The position numbers were made by a program, and so were the translations under genes. 64,000 nucleotides of DNA from Chamaesiphon sp. (GTDB taxonomy: Bacteria; Cyanobacteriota; Cyanobacteriia; Cyanobacteriales; Chamaesiphonaceae). Shown in pieces: positions 1 through 9,863 of the stretch (positions within the stretch are counted from its first letter, which is position 1; each line of letters begins with the position of its first letter). The DNA is taken from the NCBI GenBank assembly GCA_965246715.1, contig CBDFFH010000027.1, positions 64,001-128,000 of the forward strand. Reading direction: 5' to 3'. The notes below the pieces were generated by a model that worked only from the letters and a program-made list of their open reading frames with translations, was not told the origin of the DNA and ran no database searches.

Positions 1-877
1 GAGTGACCGCACGTCGGGCCAAATCGTTGCCACTCAAACCCGCTGGAAAGCCCAGATAATTTTCAATGCGCGAACTGGTGCCTGCTTGCCCGCCAGGGGC
101 TTCGCGTTCGACCATTACTGTCCTTAGCCCCTCCGATGCTCCATAGACCGCAGCAGCCAGTCCAGCGGGGCCACCGCCGACAATAATCAGGTCGTAGAAA
201 GGCTTTTCGGCTTGGGTACGCAGGCCGATTTTTTCGGCAACTTGGGCGATCGAGGGTTGAATTAAGCTGTTATCATCGCTAAAGATGACCAGGGGTAGAG
301 ACAAGCGATCGCAGTTGGCAAAGGTGGCGAGTTTTTGGGCTTCTTCGGATAGTTCGATATCCAACCACTGATAAGGGATTTGATTTCGCGCCAGGAAATC
401 TTTCATATCGTGGGACTGGGGCGACCACCGATTGCCGATGACGCGGATGCCTTCAAAAGCTGGGCGAAAGTTGGCAAACCAATCATCAAGGAGATCGTTC
501 AAGACTGGGAAAAGTTTTTCTTCCGGCGGGTTCCAGGGTTTGAGTAGATAGTAATCGATTTGGGTACTATTGATGGCGCGAATGGCAGCATCGGTATCGG
601 CGTATGCTGTTAACAATACTCGCTTTGCTTCAGGAAAAATCTGTAAGGCTTGCTCTAAAAACTCGACCCCATTCATCTGCGGCATCCGCTGATCCACGAG
701 AAATAGAGCGACGGGTTCGTTGCGGAGTTTGAGCTTTTGGGTGGCTTCAAGTGCCGCCGCGCCAGAATCGGCACGGATAATCCGATAGCGATCGCCATAT
801 TGCTGTCGTAAGTCTCGCGCCACGGCTTGGAGCACATCAGCATCGTCATCAACGGTCAAAATGACAGGTTTAACCAT
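1..877 (-). CDS. Response regulator receiver-thioredoxin reductase (FAD pyridine nucleotide-disulfide oxidoreductase) fusion, 3' partial
   Basis: Manual translation from ATG 877: [25 protein letters not shown] (receiver), then [37 protein letters not shown]; runs off the window edge. Confidence 0.93.
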   Translation of the reverse strand, partial: MVKPVILTVDDDADVLQAVARDLRQQYGDRYRIIRADSGAAALEATQKLKLRNEPVALFLVDQRMPQMNGVEFLEQALQIFPEAKRVLLTAYADTDAAIRAINSTQIDYYLLKPWNPPEEKLFPVLNDLLDDWFANFRPAFEGIRVIGNRWSPQSHDMKDFLARNQIPYQWLDIELSEEAQKLATFANCDRLSLPLVIFSDDNSLIQPSIAQVAEKIGLRTQAEKPFYDLIIVGGGPAGLAAAVYGASEGLRTVMVEREAPGGQAGTSSRIENYLGFPAGLSGNDLARRAVT

Positions 878-885
878 GTTGGAGA
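854..885 (+). repeat. 32-bp exact direct repeat, copy 1 (start of the RR-TrxB gene)
   Basis: GGTCAAAATGACAGGTTTAACCATGTTGGAGA is identical at 12635-12666. Confidence 0.9.
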
Positions 886-993
886 TGGGTGCAGGGTGTA
901 CTCATTGATGTTTGCTCCAAATAGATTAAGTCGATCGATTAATTGGCAATCGCAGTTGAAAGCGCGTATTCCCTGGCTCAGATTTTTGTGGGA

Positions 994-1209
994 TTAATGC
1001 TCTAAGCTAGTAGCTGTTGAAGATCGATCGCCCAATATCTGACGTAAATACTCGCCAATTTCGCTGCAATAGGATGAGTGGGGGGCACCTTCTAGCGACA
1101 TCTCAATAATTTCGCCTCTAACTAATTCTACTTTGCGCTCATCGAGTATCTCCATCTCAATCATCTGATGATAATCTTGGAGACTCCATTTCGCAGTAAC
1201 GATCGTCAT
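994..1209 (-). pseudogene. Truncated Uma2 (DUF820) endonuclease
   Basis: KWSLQDYHQMIE..RKVELVRGEIIEMS..H N-terminus; similarity stops after LGDR at a CGATCG site. Confidence 0.85.
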
Positions 1210-1282
1210 CGAATCTTACCTCACGACTTGAGATAGTATAGATATTATATCATTCAGGCTGAGGAGTATTTCAAGGAGAGAC

Positions 1283-1915
1283 TTGATGCCCAAAGCGACA
1301 GACAGCATTAACCTTCGTCTAGCTTGCTTAGAAGATATCCCTGCTTTAGCCGCGCTGATTCCAGTATCTGCTAGATCGCTTCAGGCAAGCTATTACACTC
1401 CGGCGCAAATTGAAGGAGCGTTAGGAACCGTCTTTGGTGTCGATAGTCAACTGATTCAGGATGCTACTTATTTCATTGCCGAAAGCGAAAACCAGATTGT
1501 CGGTTGTGGTGGCTGGAGTAGGCGCAAAACACTTTATGGTGGAGATTCTCGTACCGTTGGCGAAGCGTCTGCCTGCGCAGAGAGGCTCCGCCAACGGGGC
1601 AAGAACATCGAGGAAGATCGGTTGCTCGATCCCAGTATCGATGCTGCCAAGATTCGGGCATTCTTTGTGCATCCAGCATGGGCACGAAGAGGAATCGGTA
1701 GCGAGATTATGCGCCGATGTGAAATGGCAGCATTAGACGCTGGATTTAAAACCATTGAGATTGTTGCTACATTAGCGGGCGAACCGCTATATCAAAGTTT
1801 CGGGTATCATTTAATCGCTCGATTTGAGATCGCGCTTCCTAATAACAACGTTCTTCCAGTCATTCGGATGTTCAAGAATTTTACGCAGGCGAACCACCCG
1901 TCGTATTTACATTAG
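1283..1915 (+). CDS. GNAT N-acetyltransferase carrying a 16-aa in-frame micro-element insertion
   Basis: FFVHPAWARRGIGS acetyl-CoA motif; paralog of 4298-4852, which lacks the insert. Confidence 0.9.
   Translation: MMPKATDSINLRLACLEDIPALAALIPVSARSLQASYYTPAQIEGALGTVFGVDSQLIQDATYFIAESENQIVGCGGWSRRKTLYGGDSRTVGEASACAERLRQRGKNIEEDRLLDPSIDAAKIRAFFVHPAWARRGIGSEIMRRCEMAALDAGFKTIEIVATLAGEPLYQSFGYHLIARFEIALPNNNVLPVIRMFKNFTQANHPSYLH
1547..1594 (-). mobile_element. Nested pair of HIP1-core-targeted micro-elements (48 bp)
   Basis: Removal restores GGA GAT CGG GGC (YGGDRGK), matching paralog YGADRAK; contains TTGGCGGAGCC.. on - and TTGGCGAAGCG.. on +. Confidence 0.8.
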
Positions 1916-2074
1916 ATTCCGCCGCCGTGATGACTCCTGGCAGTTTTTATCAAGAAATTATTCAAGCGGTAAAACAGTTAAATCGTCGAGTTATGCAGCC
2001 AAAGCGAGCGAAATTAGCAGTATCATTCGATCGGAAAATGGTGTCAAAATAGTGTGTGGCGCGATCGATACTCA

Positions 2075-2680
2075 TTAATCATTCATCAGACCAAAGTTCT
2101 TCGCTGATGCTAACGAAATGTCTGGCAGGTTACGCAGCATATCATCCCAAGTATTTTGTCCTTGCAAAGCTTCCACGATAATCTGAAGCGGTTCGCTAAG
2201 AATCGCTGGAAAATCTGCCTCTTCAGAAAACTGAATTTTATACGCTAACTGTTCTTGAGGTGGCGTAAACCGAGCATTAATGCCCGCTTTGTTACCTCTG
2301 GCATCAACCCGATACCAACCAATCTCAGGTAGATATATGGCATTAAAACCATGCAAAGTATAAGGCGCACCCTTGTCATCAATACTCAATCGCTGATAAC
2401 AAAATCCGGTTGGAATTAGATTAGCTCGTAGTAGTGCTGCTAGCAGATGACTCTTGGCGAAGCAATAACCTGTTCGATGCTGAAGAACATCTGACGCTCG
2501 ACAAGTCACGGGATTCATTCGATAGTCAACACTGTGACGGATCTCGTCTTTGACCCATTTAAAGCAGGCTTTGGCGATCGCGATTGGTGCCCGCTCTCCC
2601 GCTGCAATTTGTTTGGCACATGCGATGATTTCAGGATGCTGCCAATCGATAATTTCACTAACTTTCAAGTATTCTTCCAT
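2075..2680 (-). CDS. Transglutaminase-like cysteine protease family protein
   Basis: GYCFAKSHLLAALLRA, HGFNA and WYRVDARGN (Cys-His-Asp triad). Confidence 0.88.
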   Translation of the reverse strand: MEEYLKVSEIIDWQHPEIIACAKQIAAGERAPIAIAKACFKWVKDEIRHSVDYRMNPVTCRASDVLQHRTGYCFAKSHLLAALLRANLIPTGFCYQRLSIDDKGAPYTLHGFNAIYLPEIGWYRVDARGNKAGINARFTPPQEQLAYKIQFSEEADFPAILSEPLQIIVEALQGQNTWDDMLRNLPDISLASAKNFGLMND

Positions 2681-2701
2681 ATCCCAAACGTGCAGACATA
2701 G

Positions 2702-4138
2702 TTAAGTTTCATCTGTTTCTTCTGGATTAGTTAGATCGTGACTAACTACAGGCAATGGTAATCGAATCAAAAAACAAGTCGCACCAGGTTTAGAGTCTAG
2801 GGATACTGTCCCGTGATGGCGATTTTCGACAATCCGCCGGACGATATCCAAACCCAGCCCAGTGCCCTGTCCTACGGGTTTGGTAGTAAAGAAGGATTCA
2901 AAGATCCGCGATTGAATTTCTGGCGGAATGCCCATGCCAGAATCTGCCACCTCGACGCGAATATAGTTACCGTCCTGCGTGGTAGTAATTTTGAGCCGAC
3001 CTTTGCCATCCATTGCATCGATCGCGTTATCGATGAGGTTCGTCCAGACCTGATTGAGTTCGCTCCCATAGGCTTCAATTTGGGGCAAGGCGCGATCGTA
3101 ACACCGCTCGACTTCAATTCCGGTCTTGAGCCGATGTGAGAAGATTTGCAGCGTATCTTCGATGCCCTGATGGACATCGACTAATTGCCGTACCCCACGA
3201 TCGAGATAGGAATATGACTTCATCGATTGTACTAGTGCCGCAATCCGTTCGGCTCCGCGCAACCCGCTGTCAATCATCGACATCACATCAAACGAGAGTG
3301 CCAGCCACCGCACGCCCAGATCTCGAAGTTCTGTCGGATCGTTCCGCCAGCGATCGGTGAGATTTGCCAAGGTTTCTACCGTCACACCCCCGATCGCTAG
3401 TGGTGCAGCTAGGTTCCAGGCATTGTCCACCCCGTAGTCTTCTAGCCACTCTAATAACTGTTCTTCCAGATCGCTGACTAGGAGCGAGTCGAGACGATCG
3501 TGCAAGATCCGATCGTAGCCCTCGTCGTGGACTCGCAGCCACTGCTGGGTGTGTGCGGCTTCGAGCTGGTGCTGCCCGTAGACTAGATTCATCCGCTGTA
3601 GCTCAAATAAGGCGGGAATGACATCTTTCAAGGCGTGGACGACAGCGGCAGCGGGATTGTTCAGTTCATGAGCCAAACCCGCCGCCAGAGTACCTAATGC
3701 TGCCATCTTCTCGCGACCGCGAATGAATGATTCGACCCCGCGCAGTCGCCGCGCCATCACGCGAAACACAGCCCGTTCAAAGTCCCGACATTCGTGGAGC
3801 AGGGTGCGAAAATCATCGCCTGCAATTTCGTAAGTCAGGCAGGGTGTGAGCGCATGTAGGGTAACGGGTACGGGTTCGTCAGTGAGGATCGGTGCTTCAC
3901 CAAAGAATTCAGGTGCGCTGTGTTGACCGATCGGGATGTCGATGCCTTCACTGATACGGGTAATCCCGATTTGACCGGAGATTAAGATAAATACGCCTCG
4001 TGCGATGGTGCCTTCTTGGACGAGGATTTCGCCAGCAGTTAGCTCGACTTTGTGGGCGCGATCGCACGCCCAATGTAGTCGTTCTGGTGGTAGGTGTTGA
4101 AATAATTCCAGCTTGGCGAGGTCTTCGATACAGAGCAT
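2702..4138 (-). CDS. Cyclic-nucleotide-binding sensor histidine kinase
   Basis: N-terminal cNMP domain (FFGEAPIL), LAHELNNP H-box, NLIDNAIDA, DSGMGI, GQGTGLGL; ATG at 4138. Confidence 0.93.
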   Translation of the reverse strand: MLCIEDLAKLELFQHLPPERLHWACDRAHKVELTAGEILVQEGTIARGVFILISGQIGITRISEGIDIPIGQHSAPEFFGEAPILTDEPVPVTLHALTPCLTYEIAGDDFRTLLHECRDFERAVFRVMARRLRGVESFIRGREKMAALGTLAAGLAHELNNPAAAVVHALKDVIPALFELQRMNLVYGQHQLEAAHTQQWLRVHDEGYDRILHDRLDSLLVSDLEEQLLEWLEDYGVDNAWNLAAPLAIGGVTVETLANLTDRWRNDPTELRDLGVRWLALSFDVMSMIDSGLRGAERIAALVQSMKSYSYLDRGVRQLVDVHQGIEDTLQIFSHRLKTGIEVERCYDRALPQIEAYGSELNQVWTNLIDNAIDAMDGKGRLKITTTQDGNYIRVEVADSGMGIPPEIQSRIFESFFTTKPVGQGTGLGLDIVRRIVENRHHGTVSLDSKPGATCFLIRLPLPVVSHDLTNPEETDET

Positions 4139-4297
4139 TAGCAATAATCCTCAGCTTGTGGAGGTTGAGTTAAGGAAGTTTAACGCATCATCAGTTTGCG
4201 TAAAGTTCATCTCGATCGAGGGTAGTGTAGATATCCTGTTGTGACTAAAGCGGCAGAACGTTCCCAATCACCGCAAAAAGTCTTAATTAGCATCCCT

Positions 4298-4852
4298 TCA
4301 ACGATCCAAGTGAGTCTGTGCAAAACTTTTGACCATACGAACAACAGGAAGAACGCTTTCGTTGGGAAGCGAAATATCAAATTGCTGACTCACGTTATAG
4401 CCGAATCTGCGATATAACGGTTCCCCCGCCAACGTGGCAATAATCTCAATAGTCTTAAATCCAGCTTCTAATGCTGCTTCACACTGTTCCATAATCTGGC
4501 TACCAATCCCTCTTCGTGCCCACTCAGGATGAACAAAGAACGCACGAATCTTTGCCGAATCAAAGCTTGGATCGAGCAACCGATCTTCTTCCGCCTTCTT
4601 AGCCCGATCGGCTCCATAAAGCGTTTTTCGTTTACTCCAACCACCACAGCCGATAATTTGGTGCGTGTTCTCGGCTATAAAGTAAGTTCCATCCTGAATC
4701 AGTTGGCTGTCAACACCAAAAACGGTTCCCAATGCTGCTTCAATTTGTTCTGACGTGTAGTAGGTTGCTTGAAGTGTTCTAGCGGATTCTAGAATCAGAT
4801 TCGCTAAAGCAGCGATGTCTTCTTGGCGAGCTAGACGAATCTGTATGTCCAT
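4298..4852 (-). CDS. GNAT N-acetyltransferase
   Basis: FFVHPEWARRGIGS; ATG 4852 preceded by GGAGGT. Confidence 0.9.
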   Translation of the reverse strand: MDIQIRLARQEDIAALANLILESARTLQATYYTSEQIEAALGTVFGVDSQLIQDGTYFIAENTHQIIGCGGWSKRKTLYGADRAKKAEEDRLLDPSFDSAKIRAFFVHPEWARRGIGSQIMEQCEAALEAGFKTIEIIATLAGEPLYRRFGYNVSQQFDISLPNESVLPVVRMVKSFAQTHLDR

Positions 4853-5064
4853 TCTACCTCCTGCATGAATAGTAAAAGAGTGGGACAGTAATCGATACAG
4901 TCGATCGAACAGAAGATCGCCCACCCGCAGGGCATTAGCAACTATCGTCTATGCCATGAGATTTTAGGTTTAGGCGATCGCGGCTAGTTTACCAATCTCG
5001 ATTTCGACATCTTTAAATATCATCACAGCGATGACACGATTAACTTCGTTGTTCATTTTCAAAC

Positions 5065-5418
5065 TTATGACTCGTATCCCAATGTTAGCAAAACTACGTC
5101 TTCCAATTGTGCAATTATTTCGGGACTTAGTTGTCCCAATGTGCGAATCAAACGAGTTTTATCTAGCACTCTTATCTGAAAACATAGGGCGACAGAATCT
5201 TGAGTGAGTCCACCATTACCTTGTTCGATTAATAAGCAGATTGGCAAGGCAGCGCGACGTTGGTTGGTAGTTAGAGGAATGGCAATAGTCGTAGTTGAGA
5301 ATTGGGAAACAAGGTTATTTTGGAAAATGATGACGGGACGAATGCCAGCTTGTTCGGAACCTTGAGTAGGATTGAGATCGGCTAGCCATATTTCACCCCG
5401 TTTCAAGGGATTAGTCAT
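5065..5418 (-). CDS. mazF: MazF/PemK family endoribonuclease toxin
   Basis: RGEIWLADLNPTQGSEQAGIRPVII..IPLTT..QIRVLDKTRL. Confidence 0.92.
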   Translation of the reverse strand: MTNPLKRGEIWLADLNPTQGSEQAGIRPVIIFQNNLVSQFSTTTIAIPLTTNQRRAALPICLLIEQGNGGLTQDSVALCFQIRVLDKTRLIRTLGQLSPEIIAQLEDVVLLTLGYES

Positions 5419-5654
5419 CGTTGGTCTTCTCGATCGAGCATTACTGCATAGTCGTTCATGCCCACTTCGGCAAACGCACGATCTTCATCAGCAAACTCCG
5501 CAAACACGTCAGCCAGTTGGATTGGATCGAGGACAACCCGATGGCGACGCTCATTGCGAAACTTCAAGAAAGCAATAAATTCAGCTACTTGCTGGAGTTG
5601 ACTGTGAGTGAGTCGATCCAAGTCCTGCTTAATGGCTTCAGTGCTTACTGGCAT
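5415..5654 (-). CDS. Putative antitoxin (DUF2281-like)
   Basis: Small acidic ORF with QVAEFIAFLK; 4-bp overlap upstream of mazF. Confidence 0.75.
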   Translation of the reverse strand: MPVSTEAIKQDLDRLTHSQLQQVAEFIAFLKFRNERRHRVVLDPIQLADVFAEFADEDRAFAEVGMNDYAVMLDREDQR

Positions 5655-5801
5655 AGGAAGAAAAAACGTTCGGATTTCCCTATTATAAAAGATCGCAATC
5701 GAATTATTTGAGTCGATCGATTAAAATATCCCCCCAAGGCATTAGCAATAATGCCCACTCTACAAGGGTTATTGTGTGGTGTGCAACGGCTCTATAAATC
5801 T

Positions 5802-6641
5802 CTATTTTCGGCCCAGTATATATAAAGTAGTGAGGTCATCCCAAATTCCCTCCTGAGTTATGAGAGATTCTAGCTCTGCCTCAAATTCCGCTTTAGCTTG
5901 TGCCAACTGTGCTGATGAAAGTTGTGGTAACTCATTGCCAGATAACTTTAAGGAGGTAGACGAAGGATGCACGACGACTCCTTGCCAGGTTGCTTTTGCG
6001 TTATTTAAATCCGTGTAGCTGCCATATTGCTCTGTTTTGACTTCAACTGCCGAAAAGCCGCTATCAATAAACAAATTTTGACACTGCTCAACCGATCCAA
6101 TCCGATTGCTAGCCTCTAACGAAACGCCATATTTTGCAAACACTTTTCTTAACACAACAGCCCCAATATATGCTGTATCAGCGGGAGTATGAACACCGAT
6201 TCGACCCCCAGGCTTGAGAAATTGATGCCACAGCCGTAATGTAGCTTGCTTGTTTTCCATCCAGGGAAATGTATTCGCGCACAAAACATAATCGAAATGA
6301 TCGACCGGACAATCGAGAGCCTCGGCATCTGCAAGCTGAAACGATACATTCGTGAGTCCCAATGCTTCAACTTTGCTTTGTGCTTGCTCTAGCATTCCAG
6401 CAGAAATGTCGATTCCAATCACCTGCCCTCGATTGCCGACAATTTGGGCTGCCGCGATCGCCAGATGACCTGTGCCTGTGCCAATATCTAAAACAGTCTG
6501 CCCAGCACTAACCTGCGAATACTCCAGCAGATGATGACAAATCTGCACATGCCATTCGCTCTTATCATAGCTTTGACTTCTACGATCGTAAGATTCCGCC
6601 ACCCCTTGCTTGTACTCATTTAATTCAAGTTGCTTCACCAT
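5802..6641 (-). CDS. Class I SAM-dependent methyltransferase
   Basis: VLDIGTGTG, GIDISAGML, LKPGGR. Confidence 0.92.
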   Translation of the reverse strand: MVKQLELNEYKQGVAESYDRRSQSYDKSEWHVQICHHLLEYSQVSAGQTVLDIGTGTGHLAIAAAQIVGNRGQVIGIDISAGMLEQAQSKVEALGLTNVSFQLADAEALDCPVDHFDYVLCANTFPWMENKQATLRLWHQFLKPGGRIGVHTPADTAYIGAVVLRKVFAKYGVSLEASNRIGSVEQCQNLFIDSGFSAVEVKTEQYGSYTDLNNAKATWQGVVVHPSSTSLKLSGNELPQLSSAQLAQAKAEFEAELESLITQEGIWDDLTTLYILGRK

Positions 6642-6795
6642 TGGATGTCTTTTACAACTGCAATTTAACCTAACGCCAACTCAATTTTACTCCGAGCGCA
6701 ACGGCTTTACCAGTGAGCTAGAGATTCAATTTTGGTGGCGATAGATTCGGGAGACGAGAAGATCTTGGATCGAATTGTGCTGGATTGAGATCGAA

Positions 6796-8361
6796 TTAGT
6801 TCAGTCGAGCGATCAGAATATTGCCCACCCGCAACGCATTAGCAATAATCGTCAATGTCGGATTGACAGCCGAACTGGAGGGGAAGAAACTCCCATCCAC
6901 CACATAGAGATTATCCACATCGTGAGTGCGACAATTCAAATCTAGAACTGAAGTGGTGGGATCTGTCCCAAAGGTACAGGTACCGCACTGATGCCCTACC
7001 GATGGCAGCGTCATCGTATTGCGCGGATAGATACTAAAGGGAATTATCTGCTCCGCTCGATCGACTTGTTTGAGCGTGTCAATCCAGCGTTTCGTCAACC
7101 GATCGCTTGCCGCTAAATTATTCGGCGTATAGTCGAGATAGAGCCGATCTCCAGCTACGCGCACCCGATTGGCAAGATCGGGTAAATCTTCAGTTTGCAG
7201 CCACCAGCCGACAGTGCGATCGGCAACAGTCTTGAGTTCTGCTTCTGGGCGCAGTTTGAGCAGGGGAGCTAGGAGGGCGGGGGCTTCGGCTGGTAGCATC
7301 GCGGCGAGGACATTGCCTGTATTTTGAATCAATCCCATCGGATAGGGAAAGTCGGGTTCTCCCCAATAAAAATCGCTGATACAAATGGTTTTTTGATAGA
7401 CAGCAGGATTGAGTTTAGGACTGAGTTGTACCAAGGCAGTGCAGACGTGTTTCATCAGATTGCGTCCCACTCGATCGGAACTATTTGCCAAGCCGTTGGG
7501 ATGTTTGTCATTGCTCGATCGGAGTAGTAATGCTGCTGAGTTAATTGCTCCACAAGCAACTACGATAATATCGCCTGTAAAGGTTTGCACTTCGCCGTGA
7601 ATCTCTGCTTCGACTTGGGTTACTTCGCGTCCTGAAGGACTGGTATGCAGGCGGGTGACTCTAGCTTCAGTTATCAAAGTCACATTCCTATTGTGGCGAA
7701 TTGGCTCGATACAATTGACATCGGCATCAGCTTTACCCTGTGTCAAACAGGGAAAGCCATCGCAGGTATTGCAACGAATGCAATTGCCCAAGCTTTTATC
7801 GACTTCGTTAAGTTTCAAGCCCAATGGCAGATTGAAAGGATTCAAACCCGCATTACTCAACCCATCTGCCAGCTCTTGCATCCGAGGTTCGTGACTGACT
7901 GGGGGGTGGGGATAGGGGTGAGTGCGAGCGGGTTCGGTGGGGTCGCTACCCGCTTGTCCGTGGACATCATACAGTTGTTCCGCTCGATCGTAATAAGGGG
8001 CAAAATCGGCATATTTCAGCCCCCATGCTGGCGAAATTCCATCTTTGTGGGCGACTGCTTCAAAATCCCGTTCGCGCATACGGAGCAGGGCTGCACCGTA
8101 GACTTTGGTATTACCCCCTACCCAATAGTTTGTTGCGGGACGGAAGGCGCGATCGTGTGTGTCGAACCACTGTTCTGAGGTGTGATAGCGTTCGCGTTGA
8201 TAGACTTCGAGGGCACTCCAGTTTTCTTTTTCTCTGGGGAGGAAGGTGCCGCGTTCGAGGATTAAGATCTGTTTACCGCTGGGAGCGAGGTGATGCGCTA
8301 GGGTGCCGCCGCCTGCGCCTGTGCCGATAATGATGATGTCGTAATGAGTGTTGGTAGACAT
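6796..8361 (-). CDS. GMC family oxidoreductase
   Basis: GTGAGGG FAD motif, VGGNT, CIRCNTCDGFPC, HQCGT, NPTLTIIANALR. Confidence 0.95.
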   Translation of the reverse strand: MSTNTHYDIIIIGTGAGGGTLAHHLAPSGKQILILERGTFLPREKENWSALEVYQRERYHTSEQWFDTHDRAFRPATNYWVGGNTKVYGAALLRMRERDFEAVAHKDGISPAWGLKYADFAPYYDRAEQLYDVHGQAGSDPTEPARTHPYPHPPVSHEPRMQELADGLSNAGLNPFNLPLGLKLNEVDKSLGNCIRCNTCDGFPCLTQGKADADVNCIEPIRHNRNVTLITEARVTRLHTSPSGREVTQVEAEIHGEVQTFTGDIIVVACGAINSAALLLRSSNDKHPNGLANSSDRVGRNLMKHVCTALVQLSPKLNPAVYQKTICISDFYWGEPDFPYPMGLIQNTGNVLAAMLPAEAPALLAPLLKLRPEAELKTVADRTVGWWLQTEDLPDLANRVRVAGDRLYLDYTPNNLAASDRLTKRWIDTLKQVDRAEQIIPFSIYPRNTMTLPSVGHQCGTCTFGTDPTTSVLDLNCRTHDVDNLYVVDGSFFPSSSAVNPTLTIIANALRVGNILIARLN

Positions 8362-8519
8362 TGATTTTTCTTGGAGATTATTAGGAAATTTACTGATTCA
8401 ATCGGTGTAACGTCTCGTTTTACCGACGATAGAAACCTCTGGTACTCGGTCGGCAGTTTCTATATAGTAAGTATGCAAGTAAGTTATTACGTTGAGATCG
8501 TTTACTTCGCTTGGGTTAT

Positions 8520-9008
8520 TTACCGAGTTCTTCGCCAAATCCAGACTTCACCATCATCTGGATCGATCTTACTCCCGTCTCTAACAAACTGATTCTTCTC
8601 CAAAACTCTCCAAGATGCTGAATTCAACGGAGTCGTACAAGCCACGATCGTTTGAATCTCAACATGGGAAAATCCCTCCCTAAGCAACAGATCGACAGCT
8701 TGAGTAGCAAATCCGCGTCTCTGTTGGGAAGGCACGATTCCATATCCAATTTCAACCGAACCGTTGATATCTGGAGGACTTTTAAAACCGCACATCCCCA
8801 CAATTAATCGATCGACTACAATCAATTGAGGCGACCACCAAAAACTATTTCTGGGGTCTTTGTTTAATCGATAGTTCACAAACTCTAACAAGAAACGGGG
8901 GGCAACCTCTTCATTATTAGGTAGCAATAATCCCTCTATTTCAGATGGTTCGGGTTGCGCTAGGAGTGCGGTCAGATCATTTTCTGTGGCTTGACGAAGA
9001 ATCAACAT
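8520..9008 (-). CDS. GNAT acetyltransferase (RimJ/RimL-like)
   Basis: VEIGYGIVPSQQRRGFAT; NSASWRVLEKNQF. Confidence 0.88.
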   Translation of the reverse strand: MLILRQATENDLTALLAQPEPSEIEGLLLPNNEEVAPRFLLEFVNYRLNKDPRNSFWWSPQLIVVDRLIVGMCGFKSPPDINGSVEIGYGIVPSQQRRGFATQAVDLLLREGFSHVEIQTIVACTTPLNSASWRVLEKNQFVRDGSKIDPDDGEVWIWRRTR

Positions 9009-9050
9009 AAAATATTGCAAGAGAGTGCTTTACTGACTAATCCGAAGCGA

Positions 9051-9863
9051 TTACACGAGTCGATCGCTCAAATCCATCTTTCTATCTCGATCGAAATTAC
9101 ACCGAAAAATACAGCGTTTGTGGTTGTCGTGGTGTAATTTGGCGCACTTGACAGCCCGTTTACCAAATAGATAAGTATATAAACCTGCTGCTGACAACAT
9201 CCCGCTCGGTGGGACGATCGCATACAGCCAGAATGCCGTCCAAATTTGGGCAGGTAAGGCAGAAGCAAGGCTTCGTGCTGGATTCATCCCAAAGCCCGAT
9301 AAAGGGGCTTCTAGGGTGACGTAGAGGGCGACTAGGCATCCCGAAAATAGTCCGGTGTAGCGATTTAGTTTTTGGTGATTGCTGGTGAGTAACACCATCA
9401 TCATCATGATAAAGGCGATCGCCCATTCACCCAATAACGCACCACTCCAACCCAGGGCACCAGGTACCGTGACGATATAATCGATCGGTGGTTGGGTAAA
9501 TGCTTGCCCAAACACGATCGCAACTAGACAAACACCCACCCAGCCGCCTAAACATTGAAACAAGATATAAAATAACGCATCCTGGGTTTTAACTTTGCCC
9601 AGACGGTAGAAAGTCAGCGTCACGGCTGGGTTCATGTGGGCACCAGATTGTTTTCCCCAAGGCGAATAAATTAGAGCGATCGCGGTTGACCCCATCGCGA
9701 TGCCGATTAAAAATCTCCGCAGATCGCCGTTGGGAATATTGTGATGAATGAGCGAGTCGGGATACTCAAACACGAGCGTCATTACCCCCGCCACAATCAT
9801 GAATAGCCCCAGCATGGCTGCTTCCATCAGGTATTCTGGCAAGTGGTTTCTAAAGTTTTCCAT
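9051..9863 (-). CDS. Aquaporin/MIP family channel with C-terminal CAKLHH..CIFRC tail
   Basis: Two NPA motifs (HMNPAVT, GMNPARS) and six hydrophobic segments. Confidence 0.93.
   Translation of the reverse strand: MENFRNHLPEYLMEAAMLGLFMIVAGVMTLVFEYPDSLIHHNIPNGDLRRFLIGIAMGSTAIALIYSPWGKQSGAHMNPAVTLTFYRLGKVKTQDALFYILFQCLGGWVGVCLVAIVFGQAFTQPPIDYIVTVPGALGWSGALLGEWAIAFIMMMMVLLTSNHQKLNRYTGLFSGCLVALYVTLEAPLSGFGMNPARSLASALPAQIWTAFWLYAIVPPSGMLSAAGLYTYLFGKRAVKCAKLHHDNHKRCIFRCNFDRDRKMDLSDRLV

Noticed and set aside
1283..4852. Inverted GNAT paralogs as ends of an invertible or composite element
   Set aside because: Too diverged at the DNA level; no recombinase or terminal repeats
8405..8519. Possible attC remnant downstream of the GNAT at 8520
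   Set aside because: TAAC/GTTA cores are present but I could not build a paired L/R structure
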